From: an uncultured Verrucomicrobiae bacterium
GTDB lineage: Bacteria; Verrucomicrobiota; Verrucomicrobiia; Chthoniobacterales; Chthoniobacteraceae
Direction of reading: 5' to 3'
NCBI GenBank assembly: GCA_963836755.1
Contig: CAWIKF010000002.1
Coordinates: 1,984,001-2,048,000, forward strand
Length of the DNA: 64,000 nt
The position numbers were made by a program, and so were the translations under genes. A model generated the notes under the pieces. It saw only the letters and a list, made by a program, of their open reading frames with translations, did not search any database and was not told the DNA's origin. Shown piece after piece: positions 27,075 to 36,512 of the stretch (within the stretch, counting starts at the first letter, position 1; every line of letters begins with the position of its first letter).

Positions 27075-28280
27075 ATGCCCCAAATTCCCATCATTATGCC
27101 GCAGCTCGGCGAATCAATCGCCGAGGCCACGATCGTGAGCATCGCCGTCAAAGTTGGCGACAAAGTCGAGGCAGACCAGGACGTGATGGAAGTGGAAACG
27201 AACAAGGCCGTGATGGGCGTGACAAGCCCATGCGCGGGCGTGGTCAAACAGCTGGTGGTTGAATTGCAAGAAAGTTATCCCGTCGGAACAGTGCTCGGCT
27301 ACCTTGACGCGACCGCCGCGGAATTGGCGCGAGTCGGTCTAGACACTGCGCCGCCTGCGCCTGCCGTCGGTGAATCTGACACCACCGCGGATGAAAGTTC
27401 CGCATCCCCTGCCCCGAAAAAATCCGGCGTGCAACCGACGGTGCGCGGCTTGCCAGTGCCGGCGCACGCGGCGGGCGCGAGCTACATGTCGCCACGCATG
27501 AAAGCGCGCATGAACGAGCTTGGATTGCATGCCGCAGATCTTGCGGGCATCGCCGGCAGCGGCGCGGCGGGCCGAGTCACCATTGAAGATTTCGAGAAAT
27601 TTCTCACGCAGCTGGAGAAAAATAAAATGAACCCGGCGTCGACGATGCGCGTCGCCGTTGCCGATGCGATGCGCCGCAGTTGGACGCGACCGCTCGCGAC
27701 CGTGGCATTGCCGGTGAACATTGATGCGCTGCTCGCGCATCGAAAAACATCCGACCCGAAACCGGGCCCAGCGCTTTATGCGTTGCGTGCGCTGGCTCTC
27801 GCGCTCGGTGAAAACAGCACGCCTGCCGGCCGCTTGGTTGGCGATCGCATCGTGCATCCGGCGGCGATCGATGTCGGGTTTGCCGTCGAGGCCGAAGACG
27901 GAGTGCTGGTGCCTGTTTTACGCAACGTTGATAAAACAGCGTTAAAAGAACTGGTTTCGCGTTACAATGAATTGGTCGAGCTTGCGCGCCAGCGGCGTTT
28001 GCCGCCGAGCGCGACGGGCGGGTCCATCGCGACGGTGACAAACTTCGGCACGTTCGGGCTCACTTGGGCGACGCCGATTCCGCTGCCGGAGCAAACGATC
28101 GTGCTCGGCATGGGCGCGGGGCGGATTCAGCCGCATTGGGACGCGATGAAGAAACAATTTCTTCCCGTGACCGAGGCAAATCTCACGCTGAGTTTTGATC
28201 ACCGCGTTCTCGATGGAGGAGCCGCTGGCCGTCTGCTGGCGCGGATCGCCGAGCTTTTGGCGGAGCCGGAATCTTTGTAG
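27075..28280 (+). CDS. 2-oxoacid dehydrogenase E2 (dihydrolipoamide acyltransferase)
   Basis: MPQLGESI lipoyl domain with ETNKA, subunit-binding GSGAAGRVT, catalytic DHRVLDG. Confidence 0.92.
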   Translation: MPQIPIIMPQLGESIAEATIVSIAVKVGDKVEADQDVMEVETNKAVMGVTSPCAGVVKQLVVELQESYPVGTVLGYLDATAAELARVGLDTAPPAPAVGESDTTADESSASPAPKKSGVQPTVRGLPVPAHAAGASYMSPRMKARMNELGLHAADLAGIAGSGAAGRVTIEDFEKFLTQLEKNKMNPASTMRVAVADAMRRSWTRPLATVALPVNIDALLAHRKTSDPKPGPALYALRALALALGENSTPAGRLVGDRIVHPAAIDVGFAVEAEDGVLVPVLRNVDKTALKELVSRYNELVELARQRRLPPSATGGSIATVTNFGTFGLTWATPIPLPEQTIVLGMGAGRIQPHWDAMKKQFLPVTEANLTLSFDHRVLDGGAAGRLLARIAELLAEPESL

Positions 28281-28286
28281 CGGCCG

Positions 28287-28424
28287 CTACTTTGACGCCG
28301 AAAAAGTCGCAGCCGAATTTTGCTGCGGCGGCGCAGGCGGCGAACTGCGCCACGCGATGAACCACCCGATCAGCGCGCACCACACCAGCACCGCGAAGGC
28401 GCAAACAATTTTCCGACGCGTCAC
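28287..28424 (-). CDS. Putative 45-aa single-TM protein
   Basis: MTRRKIVCAFAVLVWCALIGWFIAWRSSPPAPP...; GTG start overlaps the stop of the dehydratase gene and the ORF fills the gap. Confidence 0.45.
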   Translation of the reverse strand: MTRRKIVCAFAVLVWCALIGWFIAWRSSPPAPPQQNSAATFSASK

Positions 28425-28705
28425 TCAGCCAGCGTATCGATCCGCTCGGCCATGTTGAAATCGTTTTCCGTCAAGCCGCCTTCGCTGTGCGTGGAAAGAA
28501 TGATGCGCACTTTATTATAGCGCACGTCGATGTCCGGATGATGCTCCTCCTCCTCCGCGATCTCGGCGACCTGGTTCAGAAAATCGATTGCCTGCGTGAA
28601 GTCGTCGAATTCAAAAGTCCGCTCGATCGTTTTTTTCTCGAGCTCCCACTCGGGGATCTTTTTGAGGGCTTCCTTGATTTCAGATGAGTCGAAAAGTTCT
28701 GACAT
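28421..28705 (-). CDS. phhB: Pterin-4-alpha-carbinolamine dehydratase
   Basis: AEEEEHHPDI and LSTHSEGGLTENDF motifs. Confidence 0.92.
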   Translation of the reverse strand: MSELFDSSEIKEALKKIPEWELEKKTIERTFEFDDFTQAIDFLNQVAEIAEEEEHHPDIDVRYNKVRIILSTHSEGGLTENDFNMAERIDTLAE

Positions 28706-28841
28706 GGCTTGGGTAAAAAGTTTTTTCAAAAATGCGCAGTCTCCTCCGCGTTGACAATGCAAATAAAGCGGCGGCGGCAATGGAGTTATCGCCCTTGAAC
28801 ATAACGGCGCGCGTGTATAAAAAGCGATTCCTCTTAAAGCT

Positions 28842-29825
28842 ATGGGAAGAATCTTTAACAACATCGTCGAAACCGTCGGCCGCACGCCGCTCGTCAAGCT
28901 GAACCATGTCACCGCGGGCGTTCCTGCGACAATCGCGCTCAAGTGCGAATACTTTAATCCGCTCGGCTCAGTGAAAGATCGCATCGGCATGGCGATGATT
29001 GCGGCCGCGGAAACCGCGGGAACTTTGACGAAAGAAACTGTCATCGTGGAACCGACGAGCGGCAACACCGGCATCGCGCTCGCATTTGTCGCGGCGGCGA
29101 AAGGTTATAAAATCGTCCTGACAATGCCTGAAACGATGAGCCTCGAGCGGCGAACGCTGCTCGCGATGCTCGGCGCGAAGCTTGTGCTGACGCCGGGCGC
29201 CGAGGGAATGAAAGGCGCGATTTCGCGCGCGGAGGAGATCGTGAAAAATACGCCGAACGCGTGGATGCCGCATCAGTTTAACAATCCAGCGAATCCAAAA
29301 GTTCATTTCGAAACGACGGCACCGGAAATTTGGGACGACACGAATGGCGAAGTGGACATCGTCGTCTCGGCCGTCGGCACCGGCGGCACGATCACCGGCT
29401 GCGCGGAATACATGAAGCCGCGCAAAGCTTCATTCCAAGCCATCGCCGTCGAGCCGAAAGATTCGCCAGTCATTTCTCAAACGCTCGCGGGCCAACCGAT
29501 CAAACCCGGCCCGCATAAAATCCAAGGCACCGGCGCGGGATTCGTCCCTGAAAATTTACACCTCAAAGATTCAAGCGGAAATCCGCTCATCACCGAGTGC
29601 GTGCAGGTCACGAACGACGATGCTTTCGCGATGACGCGCCGCCTCGCGAAAGAGGAAGGCATCCTCGCCGGCATCAGCAGCGGCGCGAATGTCTGGGCCG
29701 CGATCGAGGTGGCGAAACGGCCCGAAAACAAAGGTAAACTGATCGTTACATTCGCCTGCTCGACCGGTGAGCGCTATCTCTCCACCGCACTCGCGGCAGA
29801 TGCGCGCGCTGAAGTCGGAGGTTAA
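28842..29825 (+). CDS. cysK: Cysteine synthase A
   Basis: [10 protein letters not shown] (PLP Lys), [27 protein letters not shown]. Confidence 0.97.
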   Translation: MGRIFNNIVETVGRTPLVKLNHVTAGVPATIALKCEYFNPLGSVKDRIGMAMIAAAETAGTLTKETVIVEPTSGNTGIALAFVAAAKGYKIVLTMPETMSLERRTLLAMLGAKLVLTPGAEGMKGAISRAEEIVKNTPNAWMPHQFNNPANPKVHFETTAPEIWDDTNGEVDIVVSAVGTGGTITGCAEYMKPRKASFQAIAVEPKDSPVISQTLAGQPIKPGPHKIQGTGAGFVPENLHLKDSSGNPLITECVQVTNDDAFAMTRRLAKEEGILAGISSGANVWAAIEVAKRPENKGKLIVTFACSTGERYLSTALAADARAEVGG

Positions 29826-29831
29826 AAAAAA

Positions 29832-30284
29832 ATGCGCGTGGCAATCGGCGCGGATCACGGTGGCGTGCCGCTCAATGAGCTCGTGATCGCCGAGCTGAAG
29901 CGACTCGGTCACGACGTGATTGACTTCGGCACGCACGATGCTGCCGCGCCCGATGACTATCCCGACTATGCACGCGCCGTTAGCGGAAGTTTGACATCCG
30001 GCCATGCAGACCGCGGCATCATCATCTGCGGCAGCGGCGTTGGCGCGTGCGTCGCCGCGAACAAGTTTGACGGCATTCGCGCCTGCGTCTGTCACGACAC
30101 CTATTCAGCGCGGCAGGGAGTCGAGCACGACGACATGAATGTGCTTTGCCTCGGCGCACGCATCATTGGCTTTGAGCTGGCGCTGGTATTGGTGCGGGCT
30201 TTTCTAGACGCGAACTTTTCAAACGAAGAACGGCATCGCCGCCGGCTCGCGAAGATCGCGCAAATCGAGAGCGGCGAAAACTAG
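29832..30284 (+). CDS. rpiB: Ribose-5-phosphate isomerase B
   Basis: GADHGG, DYPD, CGSGVG, ANK, NVLCLGAR, ERHRRR. Confidence 0.95.
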   Translation: MRVAIGADHGGVPLNELVIAELKRLGHDVIDFGTHDAAAPDDYPDYARAVSGSLTSGHADRGIIICGSGVGACVAANKFDGIRACVCHDTYSARQGVEHDDMNVLCLGARIIGFELALVLVRAFLDANFSNEERHRRRLAKIAQIESGEN

Positions 30285-31309
30285 CGCTCGCGCAAAAGCT
30301 GCGAGATCAATGCAGGCGCTTCCTCGTGCGCGTTCAATGTGCGCAGCCTGCCCGCGCGGTCGAGGATCCAAAGTGTCGGCAGCGTATTGATTCCGAGCGA
30401 GCGCACGAGAGGGCTGAGCCAACCTTTGCCATCGCAAAAAACCGGCCAGTTGATGCTGCGCGTGCGCAAAGCCGCATCGACGGCGAAGCGATTGGCGTCA
30501 AGGTTGATGCCGAGCGCTTGCACACTTCCCGCCGGATAAGCTGCCGATAGATCGCGCACCACATCGAGCTCTTCCATCGAGGGCGGCGACCAGCTCGCAA
30601 AAAAATAAACGAACACCACTTTGCCGCGAAAATTTTTCACATCAATCGCCGTTCCGCTTGTGGAAGTGAATGCAAGCGGAACTGGATTTCCGAGGAAGGC
30701 GATGCGTTTCAAATCGTCCTCGATTCGTTGCTTCAGATCCGCATTTTTCGCGCTGGCAAGCGCAGTTTCGAGTAGCTCTTTTTTCTGCTCGGGCTTCGAA
30801 TCGTAAAGCGTCGCAACCTCCGCGAACAGCGCTGCGATCCGGCGGTCGGCGGGAAACTTTTCTGCGAAGGCTTTTGTTTTGTTTAACAAAATGGCACGCG
30901 CGTTTTCGTCCGCCCGAGACATCTGACGCATGAAAAGGGAAATGCGCGCGAATTCTACATCGGCAACTTTTTCCGGAGGCGCTTCCTTCTCGAGGCGGTT
31001 GAGAAGATCCATCGCTTCGACTCGCGGCTTTGCGCTATTTTGCAGATCGCCGAGGGTCCCGAGCAAATGGACGAGCCGCAGCCGCGCCTCAAAAGTGTGC
31101 GGATCCGTCGGATATTTTGCGACGAAATCGCGGAGCGCTTTTTCCTGGCGCTCGAGAAACGCCAATGTCGTCGCACGCGCCTCTTCACGCGTTTTCCACG
31201 TCGCCTTTGGGCCGGCGTCAAGATTGACGATCTGCTGCCAATCCTCCTCCACGCTGGCGAGCGCACCGCTGGTGAGCAATGCGAAAAGGAACAACGTGCA
31301 CCAGTTCAT
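30281..31309 (-). CDS. Secreted helical-repeat plus TlpA/redoxin-fold protein (SxxS in place of CxxC)
   Basis: Signal peptide; C-terminal RGKVVFVYFFASWSPPS ... GINTLPTLWILDRAG. Confidence 0.8.
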   Translation of the reverse strand: MNWCTLFLFALLTSGALASVEEDWQQIVNLDAGPKATWKTREEARATTLAFLERQEKALRDFVAKYPTDPHTFEARLRLVHLLGTLGDLQNSAKPRVEAMDLLNRLEKEAPPEKVADVEFARISLFMRQMSRADENARAILLNKTKAFAEKFPADRRIAALFAEVATLYDSKPEQKKELLETALASAKNADLKQRIEDDLKRIAFLGNPVPLAFTSTSGTAIDVKNFRGKVVFVYFFASWSPPSMEELDVVRDLSAAYPAGSVQALGINLDANRFAVDAALRTRSINWPVFCDGKGWLSPLVRSLGINTLPTLWILDRAGRLRTLNAHEEAPALISQLLRER

Positions 31310-32172
31310 TCGGTGCGGATCGTGGCGATGATCGGCCGGTGATCGCTGGCATCGTTCCACGTTGCGCCGCGATAAACACTCGACTTCGCATGTTCAACGT
31401 TTTGGGAAAGCAGACGGTTCACGAAAATGTAGTCGATGCGCGAGTAAAGCCCCGCGACCTGCCAATACTGAGTCCATCGGTCGCCGAGCTCATCTTTCAG
31501 TGGCAGGTCGGTCAATCGCTGCACCGAACTCCGCGGACCGGCGATTTCCATAATGGCCGGCTCATTTCGAAGCTCGTTAAAATCTCCGTAGACGAGCAGA
31601 CGAACGTCGCTGTTAGTCAAAATTTCATCGACGTGCTGCCGAAGAAGATGCGCTTCGTTGCGCCGCACCAGCGCTTCATTTTCCGGCACTTCACGCTTGG
31701 ATTTGAGATGCACGCCGATCAGCCGCAGCGTGAACTTTGGCGCGATTTGCACCGTCACGTCGAGAAAGCCTCGTTTCACTTTTTGCTGATGACCATCGAG
31801 CTGATACGGCACATCGGTCATCGACTGGTGCGACGAAATCGGGAACCGGCTGAAAAGCGCGAGATGCCGGTCGGGATCGGCGGCCTCGACGTATTCAGAA
31901 TCGGTGTAGCCGAGACCGGCCTTTTGCAGGCGCGCTTTGAAGTCCTCAAAATCCGAGCGCACTCCCAGCTCGCAGACGCCGAGAATATCGGGATGAATCG
32001 CCTGAATGATTGATACTTCCGCCGCAATCGCATGCTCCGCTTTTGGCGCGCTGCCTTCATGCTGGCCGAGCAAATAGTTTTCCAGATTGTAGCTGGTGAA
32101 AACGATCTCGCCTGCGCGCAGCGAGCCCAGCGCCAGACCAAACTCAAAGACGAAAAGTAGAACGCGCTTCAA
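31306..32172 (-). CDS. Endonuclease/exonuclease/phosphatase family protein
   Basis: SYNLEN, VHLKS, GDFN, RIDYI, ASDHRP. Confidence 0.9.
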   Translation of the reverse strand: MKRVLLFVFEFGLALGSLRAGEIVFTSYNLENYLLGQHEGSAPKAEHAIAAEVSIIQAIHPDILGVCELGVRSDFEDFKARLQKAGLGYTDSEYVEAADPDRHLALFSRFPISSHQSMTDVPYQLDGHQQKVKRGFLDVTVQIAPKFTLRLIGVHLKSKREVPENEALVRRNEAHLLRQHVDEILTNSDVRLLVYGDFNELRNEPAIMEIAGPRSSVQRLTDLPLKDELGDRWTQYWQVAGLYSRIDYIFVNRLLSQNVEHAKSSVYRGATWNDASDHRPIIATIRTE

Positions 32173-32193
32173 AATCGCGTCCGCCGCCGAAAG

Positions 32194-32544
32194 TTACGAA
32201 GGGTGATTTTCGCTGCCGTTGATCACGGTCGTCGCAGGTGCGGGCGCGGTTGCCACGGCAGTCTGAGCCGGTGCAATGGTTTCCGCCGCTTGCGCCGTGG
32301 CTACCGGCTCGGAGGCCTTGTGCTCGAGAGCTCCCGGCGCGGGCTGCACGACCACTTCTGTCGTCACAGGCCTGGTCAGCTCATGCTCAAACTCGTCCTT
32401 CGCCTTGCTAAATTCGCGAACAGCCTGGCCCATTCCACGCGCCAGCTCGGGCAACTTCTTTGCGCCGAAGAGCAGCAGCACAATCAACAGAATGACCAAA
32501 AGGTCGGGGCCCGCGAGATTAAAGAGACTGGCGATGATGTTCAT
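32194..32544 (-). CDS. tatA: Twin-arginine translocase TatA/TatE
   Basis: LLLFGAKKLPELARGMGQAVREFSKA. Confidence 0.93.
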   Translation of the reverse strand: MNIIASLFNLAGPDLLVILLIVLLLFGAKKLPELARGMGQAVREFSKAKDEFEHELTRPVTTEVVVQPAPGALEHKASEPVATAQAAETIAPAQTAVATAPAPATTVINGSENHPS

Positions 32545-32607
32545 GGCTATCCATTTAACTAGCATCGGTGGCCAGTGGTTGCAAAGAAAACTGCCCCGCC
32601 CGCGGCG

Positions 32608-33363
32608 CTACGGCATGAGCGCCTTCACGGCCTCGATCGGCGGCAGGCTCCATGCGGTCTGCTTGCGCTGATATTGGCTCCACGGAAGCAGCACATATTC
32701 CGGATGCGCATCGGCACGCAGCCAGCGGATCATTTTCAAAAGATCCGCCTCCGCCATGCTCGTGCAGCCGGAGGTCGGTCGCGCGACGCCGCGGCGAATG
32801 TGGAAAAAAATCGCGCTGCCCGCGCCCGGCACTGCGGGGTTTTCGTTGTGCTGGATGTCGATAAGCCAGTGATACGCAAAGTCGCCCGGGCGCATCTGCT
32901 CCTTGCTAAACCATGCCGGCGGATTCTTCGGATCGATCTCGACATGCTGGTTGTATTGCGGCGAGCGCGGATCATCGATCCACGCGTCGCGATCCGTCAC
33001 TTGATGGAAAGGATAATCCGCGCCCGCGGGCAGCTTCGGCTCGTAGCCGTAGATTTTTCCGAGCTGGAAAATCCCCGCCGGCGCGCGCTTGTCGTGCTCC
33101 GTTTTTTTCGTGCCGGCTTCATCCTGTCCCTTCACGCCGCGTCCCCACGCGAGACCGTTCCGGCCGTAAAGCACCGGCCACGCATCCGATGCCGGCAGCC
33201 ATTGACCACCCGGCTTGTCGCGTTGAAAAAGCTGCAGCTTGCCGTGATTGGAATTCCAGTCTGGCGCGATGCTCACGATCAACTGCCGCACTTGCGCATC
33301 CACTCCATCCGCGCGGGCGAACTGCGGCAGCAAAAGCAAGAAAAGGAACGCAAGATTTCGCAT
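32608..33363 (-). CDS. L,D-transpeptidase family protein
   Basis: Signal peptide, EHDKRAPAG, GSAIFFH...PTSGC. Confidence 0.85.
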   Translation of the reverse strand: MRNLAFLFLLLLPQFARADGVDAQVRQLIVSIAPDWNSNHGKLQLFQRDKPGGQWLPASDAWPVLYGRNGLAWGRGVKGQDEAGTKKTEHDKRAPAGIFQLGKIYGYEPKLPAGADYPFHQVTDRDAWIDDPRSPQYNQHVEIDPKNPPAWFSKEQMRPGDFAYHWLIDIQHNENPAVPGAGSAIFFHIRRGVARPTSGCTSMAEADLLKMIRWLRADAHPEYVLLPWSQYQRKQTAWSLPPIEAVKALMP

Positions 33364-33433
33364 CGCGTCAAAGTGCAATCCCGAAGACACGAGCGCAACA
33401 GCCAACCCGCTCGGAAAATCCGGTACCGCACTC

Positions 33434-33784
33434 GTGCGCACCATCCTACTCCTTTGCTGCTCAAACGTCTTCATGACCTTCGCTTGGTATGGCCACCTCA
33501 AATACGGCCACGCTTGGCCTCTCTGGAAAGCGATCGTCATCTCCTGGCTCATCGCCGGCGCGGAATATTGCTTCGCCGTCCCCGCCAATCGCCTCGGCTA
33601 CGGCGAGTTGAACGGCTTTCAGCTCAAGATCATCCAGGAATGCGTCACGCTGATCGTCTTCATCGTTTTCGCGATCACATTCCTCAATGAAAAAATTGCG
33701 TGGAACTATCTCGTCTCATTCACGCTCATCGCGCTCGCGGCGTTCTTCGCGTTTGCGTTCAAAAGCGGTCCGGCAGCTGGATAG
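33434..33784 (+). CDS. DMT family small membrane protein (DUF486-like)
   Basis: SNVFMTFAWYGHLK, EYCFAVPANRLG, QLKIIQE. Confidence 0.88.
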   Translation: MRTILLLCCSNVFMTFAWYGHLKYGHAWPLWKAIVISWLIAGAEYCFAVPANRLGYGELNGFQLKIIQECVTLIVFIVFAITFLNEKIAWNYLVSFTLIALAAFFAFAFKSGPAAG

Positions 33785-33788
33785 CCAA

Positions 33789-34445
33789 TCAGCGCGTCGT
33801 CGCGAACCAGATGGCGATGTAATGGCACGCGCTGCCGAGCATGACAAAAAAATGCCAGAGCGGATGCAGCGCGAACCTTTTCCGCGAGGCGAGATAGACC
33901 GGCACGCCCGCAGTGTATGCCGCGCCGCCGATCATCAGCCATTCGATCGCCGACCATGAAGTGGCGCAAAAAATTGCATGCAACGAAACGAGCGGAAACC
34001 AGCCCAGCACGAGATAGCTCAGGATCGAAATCCGCGGATGCCGCAGACCGCAGATGAGTTTGAACGCGATGCCGCCGGCTGCCAGCAACCACGCCAAAAC
34101 CAAAAGCGCCACCCCTTGCGTTCCGCCGAGCCGGACCAGAAATGGCGTAAAAGTTCCCGCGATGAGCAAATAAATCGTCGAATGGTCGAGCACCTCGAGA
34201 CGGAGCCGCAGCCGATGCGCGCTTCCGATGTGCAGGCAAGTCGAGGCAGCGTAAACCGCGGCAAGCGTGATCCCATAAATCAGGCTGCTCGCAAAGTCCG
34301 CCGGAGTTCTCGTATGGCGCAGGAGCAGAAAAATGGCCGGCACACACAGCGCGAGGCCAGTGCCGTGCGTGATGACGTTACCGACTTCGTTTGCCGGGGG
34401 ATAAAACCGGCCGGTGCTTTGCAGCGGCAAGCTTTGCTCCTGCAC
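33789..34445 (-). CDS. Hemolysin III / PAQR family membrane protein
   Basis: LDHSTIYLLIAGTFTP, HPLWHFFVMLGSACH. Confidence 0.9.
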   Translation of the reverse strand: MQEQSLPLQSTGRFYPPANEVGNVITHGTGLALCVPAIFLLLRHTRTPADFASSLIYGITLAAVYAASTCLHIGSAHRLRLRLEVLDHSTIYLLIAGTFTPFLVRLGGTQGVALLVLAWLLAAGGIAFKLICGLRHPRISILSYLVLGWFPLVSLHAIFCATSWSAIEWLMIGGAAYTAGVPVYLASRKRFALHPLWHFFVMLGSACHYIAIWFATTR

Positions 34446-34467
34446 TAACGGAAAAAAATTACCGCCG

Positions 34468-35835
34468 TCATTTCAATTCCTCGACCACGATTCGCGCGCC
34501 TTCCACCGCGAGCACGCGGAGCGGCGAGCTGCGCTCCACAAATTCGCCACGCGTGACGACATCGACGAGGAAATCGCCGAATTGCGCGTTGCCACTCGGC
34601 CGCAGCATCGACTTCGCAATCCCCTCCGCGCCGATCGGCACGCGAGTAGGTGAAGCGACGGTCGCCGGCGAAAAAGAAGGTCCGCTCGGATTTGATCGAG
34701 CGAGAACCAGGCGATTGTAAAACATGCTGCGCGGCAACATTTTCCCGAGCATGATGATGACGATGATCGCCGCGGCGAGCGCACCGCCCAGCTTTGCAAG
34801 CGGGACGTAAAGCATCGGCGCGGTCGGCCAAAACGGCTGGCCGGGATAACGGTCGATCATCGCCCAAAGCAGTGCGCCGATCATCAGCATCACGCCGGTT
34901 ACGCCGGGAATCACGGTCCCTGGATGCAGCAGCAATTCGCTGAGCACCAGCGCGACGCCAACTACAAAAACGGCGACAACCTCCCAGCCCGCGAGTCCCG
35001 CGAGATAATGCCCGCCGAAGAAAATCAGAAACGCAATCGCCGCCATCGTGCCCGGAATCATCGTGCCGTGCATTTTGAATTCGAGATACGCGCCGACGAT
35101 TCCGATCAGCAAAAAAATCGGCGAAAATTCTGTCACCCAAAATGCGAGCCGCTCAAAGCCGCTCGCCTCGACGCGATGCAAAGTTCCAGGGTGATGCGAT
35201 TTGTTTAACACCTCTTCAAGCGATGCCGCCATGCCGCTGGCCAGCACCGGTTTCCCATTAATCACACGCGTCGCCTCCTGCGCGCTGAGCGTGAGCAACG
35301 TCCCTTTCGGGTGCACGACCACGTCGCCGATCTTCACTTCGGCATCTTTTGAAATAAAAGCCTCGGCGATGTCTGGATTGTAGCCGTTGCGCTGCGCGGC
35401 GCTGCGGAAATAGCCGGAAAAATAGGAGACAATTTTGTCGTTCATCGTCGTCGGCAGATTTTGGCCGCCGCTCATCACCGGCGCAGCCGCGCCGATCGCG
35501 CTCACCGGCGCCATGTAAATTTGCTGCGTGCACAGCGCGACCAGCGCGCCCGCCGAGCCGGCATTCGTGTCGATGTAAGTCAGCGTTGGCACGCGCATTT
35601 TGAAAAGCGCGTCGTGCATCTTCGTGGCCGCATCGAGCGCGCCGCCGTAGGTATCCATGTCGAGAATGACAGCGCTCGCGTGGCTTTCCTCCGCCTCTTT
35701 TAATGCGCGCCGGACGAACATGAATTGCGCGTCCGAGATTTCACCGTGCAGTGGAATGACGAAAACTTCATCAGCGAAAACGCCGCTCGCCAGCAGCGAG
35801 AGCAGCATGACCGCGCATAGCAGACAGCGTTTCAT
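34468..35835 (-). CDS. Long-form NfeD membrane-bound serine protease
   Basis: DTYGG, AGSAGAL, IGAAAPV ClpP-like domain, TM region, C-terminal OB domain LRPSG...VDVV. Confidence 0.9.
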   Translation of the reverse strand: MKRCLLCAVMLLSLLASGVFADEVFVIPLHGEISDAQFMFVRRALKEAEESHASAVILDMDTYGGALDAATKMHDALFKMRVPTLTYIDTNAGSAGALVALCTQQIYMAPVSAIGAAAPVMSGGQNLPTTMNDKIVSYFSGYFRSAAQRNGYNPDIAEAFISKDAEVKIGDVVVHPKGTLLTLSAQEATRVINGKPVLASGMAASLEEVLNKSHHPGTLHRVEASGFERLAFWVTEFSPIFLLIGIVGAYLEFKMHGTMIPGTMAAIAFLIFFGGHYLAGLAGWEVVAVFVVGVALVLSELLLHPGTVIPGVTGVMLMIGALLWAMIDRYPGQPFWPTAPMLYVPLAKLGGALAAAIIVIIMLGKMLPRSMFYNRLVLARSNPSGPSFSPATVASPTRVPIGAEGIAKSMLRPSGNAQFGDFLVDVVTRGEFVERSSPLRVLAVEGARIVVEELK

Positions 35836-35867
35836 TGCAATCAATTTCAGCTCGCGCAGCGGCAATC

Positions 35868-36503
35868 TCAAGTCAAACCGATGTTAAACACGCAGCGATA
35901 CAGGCCGGACACCGCGCTTTCCTCGCGCGTGACGCTCATCCGCAGCACGCGCTGAAACATTTCGCTCTCGAGCCGCGCGACGATCGGAAACGCGCGCAGC
36001 AAATCGAGGATCGGCGAATGATGTTCGATGATGCGCAGCGCGCCCTCGTCCGAAAAATCCGCCATGTAGCCTTCGTTGTCGCGCAGGCGAGCGAGCCATT
36101 TTGCGCGAGCGGCCGGCGAATCGCCTTTCAACTTTGACGCGTAATGCGCTGCTTTGTTTTGAAAAATCGTAAAAAGCAATTTCTCCGCGGAGCTTGGCCC
36201 ATAAAGCCTCTTCGCCGATTCGAGCAGCTCGATCGTGATCGCGTTGCTCTCGTGCGGAAAAAGTTCGTGCGCGCGATGCGTGAGCCGGTAGAGCATTTCC
36301 GGGCGGCCAATCGGCTTCGGCCGCCGCCACGTGTCGAGATAGCCATCCTTGTGCAGGTCGACGCAGTGCTGCTTTACGCCCATATAACTCATGTTTAACG
36401 CATCGGCGAGTTCGCTGACCGCCAGGCCCTGCGTCCGCTTCAGTTTGTTGACGATCTGCAGCCGCTGGCTTTTGCCGATCTCGGAGATGAGTTTCTGGTT
36501 CAC
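35868..36503 (-). CDS. SufR-like winged HTH transcriptional regulator
   Basis: ELADALNMSYMGVKQH, GRP...YRLT, ARLRDNEGYMA, IIEHHSP. Confidence 0.8.
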   Translation of the reverse strand: MNQKLISEIGKSQRLQIVNKLKRTQGLAVSELADALNMSYMGVKQHCVDLHKDGYLDTWRRPKPIGRPEMLYRLTHRAHELFPHESNAITIELLESAKRLYGPSSAEKLLFTIFQNKAAHYASKLKGDSPAARAKWLARLRDNEGYMADFSDEGALRIIEHHSPILDLLRAFPIVARLESEMFQRVLRMSVTREESAVSGLYRCVFNIGLT

Positions 36504-36512
36504 GCGCGACGC

